Assembly: GCA_041662825.1 (NCBI GenBank)
Contig: JBAZRS010000002.1
Coordinates: 1-38,718, forward strand
From: Victivallales bacterium
GTDB taxonomy: Bacteria; Verrucomicrobiota; Lentisphaeria; Victivallales; GWF2-50-93
Direction of reading: 5' to 3'
Length of the DNA: 38,718 nucleotides
Both the position numbers and the translations under genes were made by a program. The notes beneath the pieces are model-generated. The model saw nothing but the letters and a program-made list of their open reading frames with translations, was not told where the DNA came from and did no database searches. Position 1 is the first letter of the stretch. Every line of letters starts with the position of its first letter. This document shows, in pieces, positions 24,179-33,500 of this stretch.

Positions 24179-24188
24179 AACGGAACTC

Positions 24189-24225
24189 GTGAAGCGTATC
24201 TCGCATCTCGTGGGCTACGCTTCAC
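24189..24225 (+). promoter_or_regulatory. 10-bp-stem hairpin immediately 3' of the capsid gene
   Basis: gtgaagcgta-(17 nt)-tacgcttcac starts 11 nt after the stop. No T-tract follows. Confidence 0.5.
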
Positions 24226-24259
24226 GCTTCACAAATAACGAATAACGAGGTGATTTACA

Positions 24260-24454
24260 ATGCCCATAAAAATTAAAAGCAAACAGAACAACTTCCGCCG
24301 CTGCGGCATTCCGCATCCGGATCAGTGGACGGAATATCCCGATGACCGCTTTAGCAAAGCGGAGCTGAAGATCCTGAAAGCCGAGCCGATGCTTCTTATA
24401 GAAGAAGGGATTGAAAAAAAGTCGGCGGCTAAGGATGCAAAAGAAAAAAAGTAA
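24260..24454 (+). CDS. small protein resembling FluMu gp35 / HI1506-type
   Basis: 64 aa. FRRCGIPH...FSKAELKILKAEPMLLIEE fits the R-x-G...L-t-x-x-q-l-x-x-L-k-x-d-P-x-L pattern of that family. Confidence 0.4.
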   Translation: MPIKIKSKQNNFRRCGIPHPDQWTEYPDDRFSKAELKILKAEPMLLIEEGIEKKSAAKDAKEKK

Positions 24455-24473
24455 ACTCATTGACCTCAGCTAG

Positions 24474-24499
24474 AAGCTCCCTCATGGGAGGGAGCTTTT
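24474..24499 (+). terminator. rho-independent terminator after the capsid operon
   Basis: aagctccctc-atgg-gagggagctt is a 10-bp stem followed by a TTTT run. Confidence 0.75.
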
Positions 24500-24543
24500 G
24501 TGGTGAGACCAAAAAATGGGAGTAGAAAAATCAGGAGAAAATT

Positions 24544-24969
24544 ATGTCCTATTGCACTATTGAAAATATCGAAAATCTAATCAATGAAACAATACTTATA
24601 CAACTCACCGATGATGCCGGTGTGGACGCGGTCGATGAAACCCTGGTTAATGCGGCAATAACTGCCGCAGACGCAACTATCGATACGTATTGCCAGAAGT
24701 ATTGGCCAGTTCCGCTTAGTCCCGTTCCCGCGAAAATAACAGAATTAAGCGTGGACATTGCCGTATATAACCTCTATTCCCGATGCGACCTGGCATTGCC
24801 CGAAATACGCAAGGAGCGCCATGAGGCGGCCATTAGATTTTTGGAGAAAGTTGCAGCAGGATCTATTGATCTTGGAGTCTCGACTCCATCGCCCGCGGAC
24901 ACAAACAATTCCGTAGAATTTGAAAGTAATACGCGACAGTTTAATCGAAGTAAAATGAGGGGGTTCTAA
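24544..24969 (+). CDS. head-tail connector protein, Mu gp36-like (DUF1320)
   Basis: MSYCTIENIENLI...LIQLTDD...VNAAITAADATIDTYC is the characteristic gp36 N-terminus. Confidence 0.75.
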   Translation: MSYCTIENIENLINETILIQLTDDAGVDAVDETLVNAAITAADATIDTYCQKYWPVPLSPVPAKITELSVDIAVYNLYSRCDLALPEIRKERHEAAIRFLEKVAAGSIDLGVSTPSPADTNNSVEFESNTRQFNRSKMRGF

Positions 24970-25409
24970 TGGCTGAACCTACTCCCGGCATGTTGGAGAC
25001 TATCCAGGACGACATTATCACTGAGCTGGAAGAAATCGAGGGCATAAAGACTGTAGGCGCATGGCAGGGCGATGTCGAAGCTCTCCTTAAAATGCCGCAG
25101 AAAATGCCATCCCTGCATGTGATTTATCAGGGCGCGAAATTTGAGCCTTTTGATCAGGTGGGAAGCCCTTCAATATCATCGATGGATTTTTTAATCGTCC
25201 TCGTGGCGCAGAACCTGAAGAGCAGAAAGGAAGGATCGGTTGATTCCTATAAAATCATCGAGGCCGTCAGGGATAAATTAATCGGCCATCAGGTCGCTGA
25301 TTATGATTTTTTGAGGCCTATACAGGAAGACCTGCTCATGGCGGAGGGAAGCATCCTTGCCTATGGTCTTACCTATGGCATGAAAAATATATTGATTATG
25401 ACAGAATAG
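24969..25409 (+). CDS. Mu gp37-like (DUF1834-type) head-tail protein
   Basis: TAATG coupling to the gp36-like gene. The pattern IQDDIITELEEI...MPSLHVIYQGAKFE fits the family. Confidence 0.55.
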   Translation: MAEPTPGMLETIQDDIITELEEIEGIKTVGAWQGDVEALLKMPQKMPSLHVIYQGAKFEPFDQVGSPSISSMDFLIVLVAQNLKSRKEGSVDSYKIIEAVRDKLIGHQVADYDFLRPIQEDLLMAEGSILAYGLTYGMKNILIMTE

Positions 25410-25419
25410 AACAAGAAAC

Positions 25420-25488
25420 AAATCCCGCGCACCTAACGGTGCTGGGATAATTCGCTTTGGGATCACTCCGTGATCCACAGGCTCATTA
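25420..25488 (+). repeat. bipartite hairpin element, forward copy F5
   Basis: Layout: tccc-gc-gcacc taac ggtgc-t-ggga, taattcg, ctttg-ggatcac-tcc-gtgatcc-acagg, ctcatta, then GGAGG. It is close to the reverse complement of R4. Confidence 0.85.
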
Positions 25489-25498
25489 GGAGGAAAAC

Positions 25499-25699
25499 AT
25501 GTCGCAATACAAATTAAAGAAAAATGTCGCCGATTTCGTTGTGGTGGATGGAGTGTTCGCAGGTCGAAATTACAAGGCTGGGCAATTATACGATCAGATT
25601 CCGCCGCAGGAAGCAAAAAAGTTTGAAACCGTCGTCACTGAGGAAACAGCCCCTCAGAAAACGGCAAAAAATAAAGATTTAGGAGGGGGTGAAAAGTGA
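25499..25699 (+). CDS. hypothetical 66-aa protein
   Basis: GGAGG SD; coupled to the next gene by a GTGA overlap. Confidence 0.55.
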   Translation: MSQYKLKKNVADFVVVDGVFAGRNYKAGQLYDQIPPQEAKKFETVVTEETAPQKTAKNKDLGGGEK

Positions 25700-26961
25700 A
25701 AAATTACTTAGCGTATCTCGATCTGTTGGCAGTATCCGCGAACACAAAAGAAGCGGCACTGAATACCGAAGCGACGCTGGATACATCCATGCTGGTGGAT
25801 AAAAGCACCATCATCAGACTGGATCCGCGCCGGGAAAATAATAAAGATGAACTTACCGGAAAAGAAGAGGCCGATTCGATCTATGATCTCGGCAATTTAT
25901 CCAGCGCCGAATTGGTTTATAATAAGGCGCAGGCGCAGCATTTCGGTTTCGGGTATGCCTTCGCGCTGGGTGTAAGCACGCCTTCCGCCTGGGGCACCGG
26001 TTATAAGCACGCCATTTCTCCCTCGCTGGATATGTCCATGCCGTCTTTCACCGCGGCCATGCGCCTGGGCAGCACTATCTTCAAGCGACGGTTTGCCTCA
26101 ATATTTATCGATCAGTTAACCGCGACCTTTGCCAGAGATTCCTGGGCGAAGTTGTCCCTGGGCATCAAGGGAACCGGTAAATACACCGACAATATGTATA
26201 AGGAAACCGTCACCGCGGCTTATAACGCCACTTCGTTGACTTTGGCGGCTCTAGGGGTCGAAGGTGCGACCGCGCCGATCAGGCTGGACAATGTCCATCA
26301 GGTGCGCGTTCTGGTCCCGACAACCGGCGAATATGCCGAAGTCGAAGTAACTGCGGTGTCCGCTGCCACTCCGGCTGTTTTGACAATAACCGCGCCCGGC
26401 GTACCGGCAACTTCCACCACGTATGAAATTCTTTACGTGCCGACAGAATCCGGATGGATGACCTTCCCCTCTCGTGTTGTTGAACCTCCCCTCCGGGTGA
26501 CCGATCTGGTTGTTAAATTCGGCGGCAAATGGAGCGGCTCCGCATTTCTCGGCGGTAAAACGCTAGGTCCGGAGATCGAATCCATTGAACATGTTATCAA
26601 TAACGATATGGCGATTGAATACCGCGTCGGCGGTACAGGGACGTATGCGAACTATGCGCTCCGTCAGGGACGCACACAAGCCCTGAAACTTAATCGCCAG
26701 ATGCGCGACTTTATTCTCCAGCAGAGAATCATCGCCAACGAAACTTTCGGTGTGCAGATGACTGCGACCGGCGTCGAATTCGAGACGGGGAAAAGTTATT
26801 ATGTGGATGCCGTATTCCCGAAGTGCGCGGTGCTTTCCGCTCCGATATCGATTTCCGGCAGTGTGCTGGCGGAAGCGGGAGATCTGACGGTACTCCAGGA
26901 CGATACTTATGGCAGTGTTTTGGTTACCGTTGGAAACAAAGTTGCCGGGTACGCGCAATAG
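25696..26961 (+). CDS. putative major tail (tube) protein
   Basis: Assigned by position only: 421 aa, directly upstream of the chaperone and tape-measure pair. No sheath or baseplate set is present. Confidence 0.4.
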   Translation: MKNYLAYLDLLAVSANTKEAALNTEATLDTSMLVDKSTIIRLDPRRENNKDELTGKEEADSIYDLGNLSSAELVYNKAQAQHFGFGYAFALGVSTPSAWGTGYKHAISPSLDMSMPSFTAAMRLGSTIFKRRFASIFIDQLTATFARDSWAKLSLGIKGTGKYTDNMYKETVTAAYNATSLTLAALGVEGATAPIRLDNVHQVRVLVPTTGEYAEVEVTAVSAATPAVLTITAPGVPATSTTYEILYVPTESGWMTFPSRVVEPPLRVTDLVVKFGGKWSGSAFLGGKTLGPEIESIEHVINNDMAIEYRVGGTGTYANYALRQGRTQALKLNRQMRDFILQQRIIANETFGVQMTATGVEFETGKSYYVDAVFPKCAVLSAPISISGSVLAEAGDLTVLQDDTYGSVLVTVGNKVAGYAQ

Positions 26962-27061
26962 AAGGTACGCATCCCGATCAGACCCCGACCAGTCGGGGCT
27001 GACGGGATCAATTCAACTAATAAATTTTAGCGCGCTGCGCTTCTAAAATCTAAGTTTCATT
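26962..27061 (+). repeat. bipartite hairpin element, forward copy F6
   Basis: Layout: aaggta, a long H1 atcccg(a)tcag(a)ccccga-ccag-tcggggctgacgggat, caattca, H2 attttag-cgcgctgcgctt-ctaaaat, tttcatt, then GAGGAGG. Confidence 0.75.
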
Positions 27062-27075
27062 GAGGAGGAAATATC

Positions 27076-27468
27076 ATGCCGAGAATTTTATCGAACGAAC
27101 CTTGTAAAGTAACGTTTCAGGACAACATCGCGGGCGGGAATATCACGCTGGAATATACACTGCCGTCAGCGGAAGACAGAATTAAATATTCCAATTCAAT
27201 GATCTCCAGGAAAGGCCGCAAAGTAGAAGCCGTATACGGAGAAACCCGAATGAAATACGGAGAAAAAATCCTTAGTGGTATTAAGGACGGCGATTTTCTC
27301 AAAAATGACGGGACCAAGTTATCGTCTAATCCGGAGTCGCCCGCGTACAATGCTGACTGGAAAAAGATGATCGTGGATTTCGCGCCGGATGTCATTGCCA
27401 TGCTGGCCATGCACGTTTTTGAAAATGCGTTGACGATTAACGAGACCGAACTGGAGGACCCTATTTAG
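27076..27468 (+). CDS. tail assembly chaperone (gpG-like)
   Basis: 130 aa. Located between the major tail protein and the tape measure. Followed by a start-less overlapping -1 ORF. Confidence 0.55.
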   Translation: MPRILSNEPCKVTFQDNIAGGNITLEYTLPSAEDRIKYSNSMISRKGRKVEAVYGETRMKYGEKILSGIKDGDFLKNDGTKLSSNPESPAYNADWKKMIVDFAPDVIAMLAMHVFENALTINETELEDPI

Positions 27469-27776
27469 CGGATCTGGACGCGATCCGCGAAGGATTATGC
27501 AGCGAAACGCAGCAGGAGAAATGCGAGATCGAATTCGGTGAATTTCTGGAATCCTCCTGTGCGAGATGTGAAAAAAAACGGACACGGGATTTAAGCGAGT
27601 ACACCCACAAAATAGTGCATATTCGCGTACTGAAAAAAGCCGGATATCCATTTGGCAAAAACGATTTAAGCGTTGAGGAGTGGGAAGACCTGGGTAAATT
27701 GGAAGACATCATCAGCGAGAAGGAACGTAGTCAGCCCAGACCGGTATATTTAGTGACAGTAAAAGGTGAAGGGTGA
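27441..27776 (+). CDS. start-less -1-frame ORF at the gpT position (candidate frameshift extension of the chaperone)
   Basis: The -1 frame is open for 111 codons with no ATG/GTG/TTG near its 5' end. It overlaps the last 28 nt of the chaperone gene and ends at the tape-measure start. Confidence 0.35.
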   Translation, partial: RDRTGGPYLADLDAIREGLCSETQQEKCEIEFGEFLESSCARCEKKRTRDLSEYTHKIVHIRVLKKAGYPFGKNDLSVEEWEDLGKLEDIISEKERSQPRPVYLVTVKGEG

Positions 27777-29958
27777 AAAGCAAGTGAATCAAAACACGGT
27801 CACCGTACAGCTCACAGTCAAGGACGACGGCTCCGTCGTGATGAAGCAATTCGGAAAAAACTCCGAAGAAGCTCTCGGTAAAGTATCAACCGCCGCGCCG
27901 AAAGCCACTTCCGCGCTCAACAGTTTAAAATCCTCATATCTTGAATTCGCAGCCAAAGCCGCCACGGCATACATGGTGGTGTCCAAAGCGATAGATCTCA
28001 TGGATCTGGGCGCAAAAGCTATACAAGCCGAAGAATCTTTTAAAATGGTTGCTCGCGCTAATAATGAAAACGTCAATCAAGTATTAGCAGATTTGAAAAG
28101 AGTTTCTGCCGGAGTGATTGATGATTCCGCTATAATGCAAAAAACAGTCAAGGGTATGGTGTTGGGTTTAAGCGGTAATGAACTGGTAAAAATTATGGAA
28201 GCCTCTCGACTTGCCGCGCGCCTCACCGGAGAAGACGTGCAAATAGCCTTCGAAAAAATAACAGATGCTATAGCTACTAATATGCCGAGAGCGTTACGCC
28301 AATACGGGCTTGTTACCAAAGAACAATTGGCTATAGTTAATAAGGCAATCGCTGCGGGCATAGAAGATGTAAATTTATATGGTTTGGCTATGGCTAATGC
28401 TGCTGAACAGGCAAAAAAATTGACGGTAGCAGAGAGAAATCTTGTCGAAGAAATTCAGAGGGGAAAAGCCGCATGGGCGGAACGAAAAGAAGAAGCTGGC
28501 AAATGGCTTGATATATTAATCGTGCTCTATGGAAAGTACGAGGAATGGGAAAAGGAAAGTAAAAATGAAGTCCCATTGTTAGTTAGATGGTTTGGTTCCC
28601 CGGCAGAAATAGCGCAAGTCAAAGACTTGATGAACCAAATAAATCATGTAAAGCCAATGACTTTTGCCCAGAGATTTGATGCGCAAAAGGGTGATCTTAA
28701 AATTGTAAAAACACCGGCAGAATATACGGCAGACATAACTGCAGAAACAAATAAAAGAGAAGCACTTAAAAAAGCACAAGCGGCATTAGAAAAAGCGATT
28801 GAGGACGCAAAACGCCTAAGGGAAGCCTGGAAAGAAGTGCAAATGACGCTCAACGCCAAGATTGAAGGCGGCGGAATGAGTGAATTTCAAAAAGACCTTA
28901 TCGCGAATCAGTTGGAAGCTGACAAACTTACTGAAAAATTCGGCAAGCTTAAAGGCGCTATTGATCTTATACAAAAAGCGCAAGCGGCGGAAGATACGGA
29001 CGCTAGAATAAAAGCCGAGAATAAAGCCCTGGAAGCCTTTGAAAGCCGGATAGAACAAGAAACCGCGAGAGATAAGCAGATCTATGAAAAACGGCAGAAG
29101 GACGCCGAGGAGCGGCTTTCTTCCGAACGCGACATATATCAGGACCTGCGCGGTTATGAGGATAGCTATTATGCCGCGACCGTCGCGTTGATTGAAAACC
29201 AGGCAAAAAAATACCGTGATCAGTTAATATCCGAGGTTGATATTACGGCCTGGGCTACAGAAGAAAAGCTCAAAGCTCAACGGCTATTGGATCGCACCAT
29301 AGGAGGTGGCGATTTCAGCAAAGGATGGTCGCAAGGATTGACTGATTATACTAAATCATTGGGCAATTATTTTACGCAGGGCGAAGAATTAGCAAAGAAC
29401 TCCGCAACCGCGATGCACGATAGTTTTCAGAGTATCTTCTTTGACGGTTTCAAAGGACAACTAAAATCATTCAGTGATTATTGGACTTCTTTTACAGATT
29501 CACTCCTGCAATCGTTTTCCAAGATGCTGGCCGATATGGTTACTAAATGGATGATGAGTCAAATGATGATGGAAGGCGGCTCCATGACGGGCAACCTGGT
29601 AGGCGGCGCGATTGGTCTTGTGGGCAGCGCGTTCTCCGGCGGCGCTCCAGTGGCCCATGCCGGTGGCATGATCGGTTATGATTCGTTTCCTACGAGGATG
29701 ATCCCTTTTCATGCTTTTGCGGGCGCGCCGCGTCTTCATAACGGCCTGGCCTCCGATGAATTCCCGGCCATCCTCCAGCGCGGCGAAAAGGTGCTCTCCC
29801 GCAAAGAAGTTGCCCAGGGAAACGGCGGCAATAGCATCATGATCTCCATCCCCATCACCTCGGACGTGGGTAGTAAAAAGATGATTGTGGACTTAAAAAA
29901 TAGCCTTGAATCAACAGTACAAAATACCGTTGAAAAGGTTATCAAGAGGCATAGCTGA
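27766..29958 (+). CDS. tail tape measure protein
   Basis: 730 aa. Long Ala/Lys/Glu-rich helical body and a Met/Gly-rich hydrophobic C-terminal segment (MMSQMMMEGGSMTGNLVGGAIGLVGSAFSGG). The start codon (GTG 27766 or 27784) is uncertain. Confidence 0.8.
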   Translation: MKGEKQVNQNTVTVQLTVKDDGSVVMKQFGKNSEEALGKVSTAAPKATSALNSLKSSYLEFAAKAATAYMVVSKAIDLMDLGAKAIQAEESFKMVARANNENVNQVLADLKRVSAGVIDDSAIMQKTVKGMVLGLSGNELVKIMEASRLAARLTGEDVQIAFEKITDAIATNMPRALRQYGLVTKEQLAIVNKAIAAGIEDVNLYGLAMANAAEQAKKLTVAERNLVEEIQRGKAAWAERKEEAGKWLDILIVLYGKYEEWEKESKNEVPLLVRWFGSPAEIAQVKDLMNQINHVKPMTFAQRFDAQKGDLKIVKTPAEYTADITAETNKREALKKAQAALEKAIEDAKRLREAWKEVQMTLNAKIEGGGMSEFQKDLIANQLEADKLTEKFGKLKGAIDLIQKAQAAEDTDARIKAENKALEAFESRIEQETARDKQIYEKRQKDAEERLSSERDIYQDLRGYEDSYYAATVALIENQAKKYRDQLISEVDITAWATEEKLKAQRLLDRTIGGGDFSKGWSQGLTDYTKSLGNYFTQGEELAKNSATAMHDSFQSIFFDGFKGQLKSFSDYWTSFTDSLLQSFSKMLADMVTKWMMSQMMMEGGSMTGNLVGGAIGLVGSAFSGGAPVAHAGGMIGYDSFPTRMIPFHAFAGAPRLHNGLASDEFPAILQRGEKVLSRKEVAQGNGGNSIMISIPITSDVGSKKMIVDLKNSLESTVQNTVEKVIKRHS

Positions 29959-30002
29959 GACAAGCTGAGAACGAGTTTAAACGACGTTCGAAGCGTAAGT
30001 CA

Positions 30003-30035
30003 AACTATCCCTGAGCGAAAGCGAATGGGATAGTT
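30003..30035 (-). repeat. bipartite hairpin element, reverse partial copy R5 (H1 only)
   Basis: aactatccc-tgagcgaaagcgaa-tgggatagtt. Confidence 0.7.
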
Positions 30036-30038
30036 AAT

Positions 30039-30128
30039 AAGGTGTCCAATCCCGCGGCGCTTTGCGCCTGGGATAATTCGCTCAGCGAATTTCAGTTCGC
30101 TGCGCTTCTAAAATTCGGAGACTCATTA
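30039..30128 (+). repeat. bipartite hairpin element, forward copy F7
   Basis: Layout: aaggtg, tccc-gc-ggcgc ttt gcgcc-t-ggga, taattcg, H2 cgaattt...gcgctgcgcttct...aaattcg, GGAG, ctcatta. The final A is the A of the ATG at 30128. Confidence 0.85.
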
Positions 30129-30499
30129 TGGCCAACATGGTTTTTGGCACATACACCCTTGTCGCGCAGCCGAACAATCTGCCGATGATTCAAAAAGCAA
30201 GGGAAACGGCTTATCAAAAAACATATTCTTCCGTGGCGCTATTTTCATGGGGCGCGAGTTATATCGGAAAAGTGCTTGAATTGACGTGGACCTACATGCC
30301 GACAGCGCAATACACTGCGCTGCTGGCGCTATATGTTGCCGATGCACCGGTTGTTTTTAATCCGCAGGACGGGTCCGGTAAAACTTTTAATGTAGAAATT
30401 ATATCTCTGGACGCGGATTATTTTGTTACCTTGTCCGATGCCACAGGTCATTACCGCAAAAATATCAAAATGCGGATCCTGATTATGAGCGAGGTCTAA
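30128..30499 (+). CDS. small tail protein (minor or distal tail candidate)
   Basis: 123 aa, located directly after the tape measure. No family recognised. Confidence 0.45.
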   Translation: MANMVFGTYTLVAQPNNLPMIQKARETAYQKTYSSVALFSWGASYIGKVLELTWTYMPTAQYTALLALYVADAPVVFNPQDGSGKTFNVEIISLDADYFVTLSDATGHYRKNIKMRILIMSEV

Positions 30500-30500
30500 T

Positions 30501-33500
30501 ATGGCGCTCACATTGGACGCAACTCTGGCCACGGCTCAGAACAGTCAATCGCGGCATCCACTGGTCGAAATAATATCATCCCAGCGGACGGAGGATATTC
30601 CTTTTGACGGATCCTTCCTGACCGGTGAAACTTTCAATGAGTATGGTCCAAATGTCATTCAGCATTCATCCGGTAGATTAGGCATCGCCTATTGTTACGG
30701 TCCCGATACAGGCAGTATCAGCGGAATAAAGTACGTTTATACCGACACTTCCCGGACAGAATTTACAACCGTCAGCATTCCATTATATATTTCTGTTTCT
30801 TACATAATGATGGGAATTTCTCTTTGTGAAATGACCGGCGGCAATATCGGCCTGACTTACCTGGTCAATGACACCGGCAATCATGTTTACAGGCTTTTAC
30901 GCCGGATCATTACGGTTACAGGTGTGGCGGTTTCTAATGCTGAAATAGCCAACTGGAGTCACGATATTTACACATCCGATCCGTGGGTTGCTACGATTGC
31001 CGAAAACTCTTATCTCATGGTCTATGGCAAGAAATCGGGATCCAATTATTATATTTATAAAAGAACTTCGGCGGACTTCTTAACCTGGTCGGCTGAATCC
31101 GCTTTATCTATTGCGGGACTGACTTCCACAATGCGGCTTTCCAATCCTTCTATCGTCAAAATCAGCACCGGCGATTTATGGCTTTTCTTTGATGTTCTGG
31201 AATCGACCGGGACCGGCGGAGAAGAACTCACAAATATTTATTATTCTATCTCTGCTAATTCCGGCGTAACGTGGGGAACGGCGGTTAAATTGACGGCCTA
31301 TACAAATTACAGTGAAGTTGGCAGTCATCCGGTTCCCATTCAAAAAGCTGCCAATACAATGCACTTGCTTTTTACCCGTATAGTAGGCGCACTTCATGCA
31401 AATGAAAATTCAACCAACTGGCCGACGGGTGATAAGTCGGCCGAGTTATCATGGGATTCGGTTAACCGAAAATTATATGTCATAAATGTTGACGGTGCAT
31501 ATAACGCACTGAAAAGCGTTGTAAGAATAAATGTTGATTCCTGGACAGTGGATAAATATTGGAACACCACAACGACACCTAGTTTTTTAGCGGCAGGAGT
31601 GGATGATGGGATGGGCGTCTGCCGCACCGTGCATGACGGTCATCATATTGTAGTGTTTCGCGGGCAGAACGATTATGAACGATGGCTTTGGCATTTAGAC
31701 GGAGAGAACGATACAATAACACCTTTTTATCTGGATTCAAATTTAGAGAAGGGCATATCCGCAAATGTGTCAAATTGCCCCCCTCACGGTGCAATAATAT
31801 TTGCTCAAGTAAGTGAAGTGACCAATAAAATATATCTGATTACTAAGGATAATTATGTCTACACACATGCAATATATATCGGGTATCTTGATCTAACGGA
31901 AACGTCGGGTTATGAATATCATGCCCTTACAACATATACCGGATTTAATGAAACGGAAATTCAAGGTAATGATGGCCTGTATATTGATACATCCGGCGGC
32001 TACATAGTTATTACAGGCCATACATTACTTGGAGGACCGACGGGTACTTGCGCTGTTTTTGATCTTGCAACCGGCGCTTTGGTTGTTAAATGGCAGGGAT
32101 CGGTAGACGCGGATTTTCCTGCTTATGGATTAAGAAATCCTTTTGTCTATAATGGGAAAATATATGCGGGACTTTACACATATACAAGCGGGTACGGTCA
32201 AAGCGGATATCGCGGACTGGTAGAAATCGACATAACTTCAGAAACGATTAAAACACATCGGCCATCATATTGCAGTGATGATGATCATGCTTTTGGTCAG
32301 CCGTCATTATTACAGGACGGCAAAATAGCTATGGTGCATTGGGGCTATGGTGTTGCTGTATATAGTACGATTGACGACACCTGGGAATTATTCGGTAATT
32401 CTAATATTGCCGGTTTTACGACGGACGGGAATGAGTTAGCGGCTTTTGCCCAGATATGCTACGACGACACCAATGATTTGATCATGGTGGGGGACGCTGC
32501 GGATAAAGGCGTGATTATGTTTTCCGTACATGGTTATATGCGGCAGGCATATTATCGCGTCGGAACCTGTTCCGGCGGCGTCTGGACATTCGCCGCGGCC
32601 GCAGCCTTGTGCCAGGGGTATTTAGATTATAATGCAGGCGCTTGCGTTGAACTTGGATCAACGTCTGCCATGTATGTATTTTGGATCAATGAGGACGTCA
32701 ACGCTGAGAAGTCGATCAAATGGGATAAGGACGGCTCCAGCGTGGATGTTTCAGCTTACATTATCGGAGAAGTCTCCACGGAACACACAATCAGCGGCCA
32801 GCCAGCGAAACTGACTTTTGCCGTGTCTCACGGGCATTTGTTTGATCCTTATAACATATCCAGTCTCTTATCGCCAATCTTGAAAAAAGGCCGCAAACTG
32901 GCCCTGCGCTGGGGTGAAAAAGTATCCGGCACGGATTACTGGCAGACTTCGGGAACCTTCTTTATTACAGGATCGTCGCTTAATTTTGAGCGTGGTGTTT
33001 ATCCGGAAATGAAAGTCGAGGCCGAAGATCAGCGTTGCCTTTGGACGAACGGCCATGTTTACACAACAGATATTTATAATAATCTCCCGGAAGATATTAT
33101 CAAATCTATTTTATATACTCTGGCCAATATTGCCTATGTCGATATGAATGTCCCTGCTTTTGCCGGTGGGACTTTATTGCAAATGCAGTGGATAGAAACA
33201 TCGCTTGATGAAATTTTAAATCAGGTCTGCGAGCGATACGGCTATTATTTCCGTTTTGATTATCAGGGCAAGGCCCACGCCCGTCAGATCAGCAATGTTG
33301 CAACTATCAATCATACCTATACCGACAATACAAAACTGCTTAAATACACTCCAGATGATAAATATTCCGATTTTACTAATCGGGTGACGGTCCGCGGGCA
33401 GGAAATGTCATATACCGAGGTTCAATTCAGTGAAGAGAGAATTACCACTTTAAATGGAACGATAGGATGGTGGGGCTGTAAGCAGGATCATAAAATATAT

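Noticed and set aside
27441-27468. A canonical -1 slippery heptamer (X-XXY-YYZ) in the chaperone overlap.
   Set aside because: None is present in the 28-nt overlap window. The frameshift call is therefore kept at low confidence and reported as an open question.
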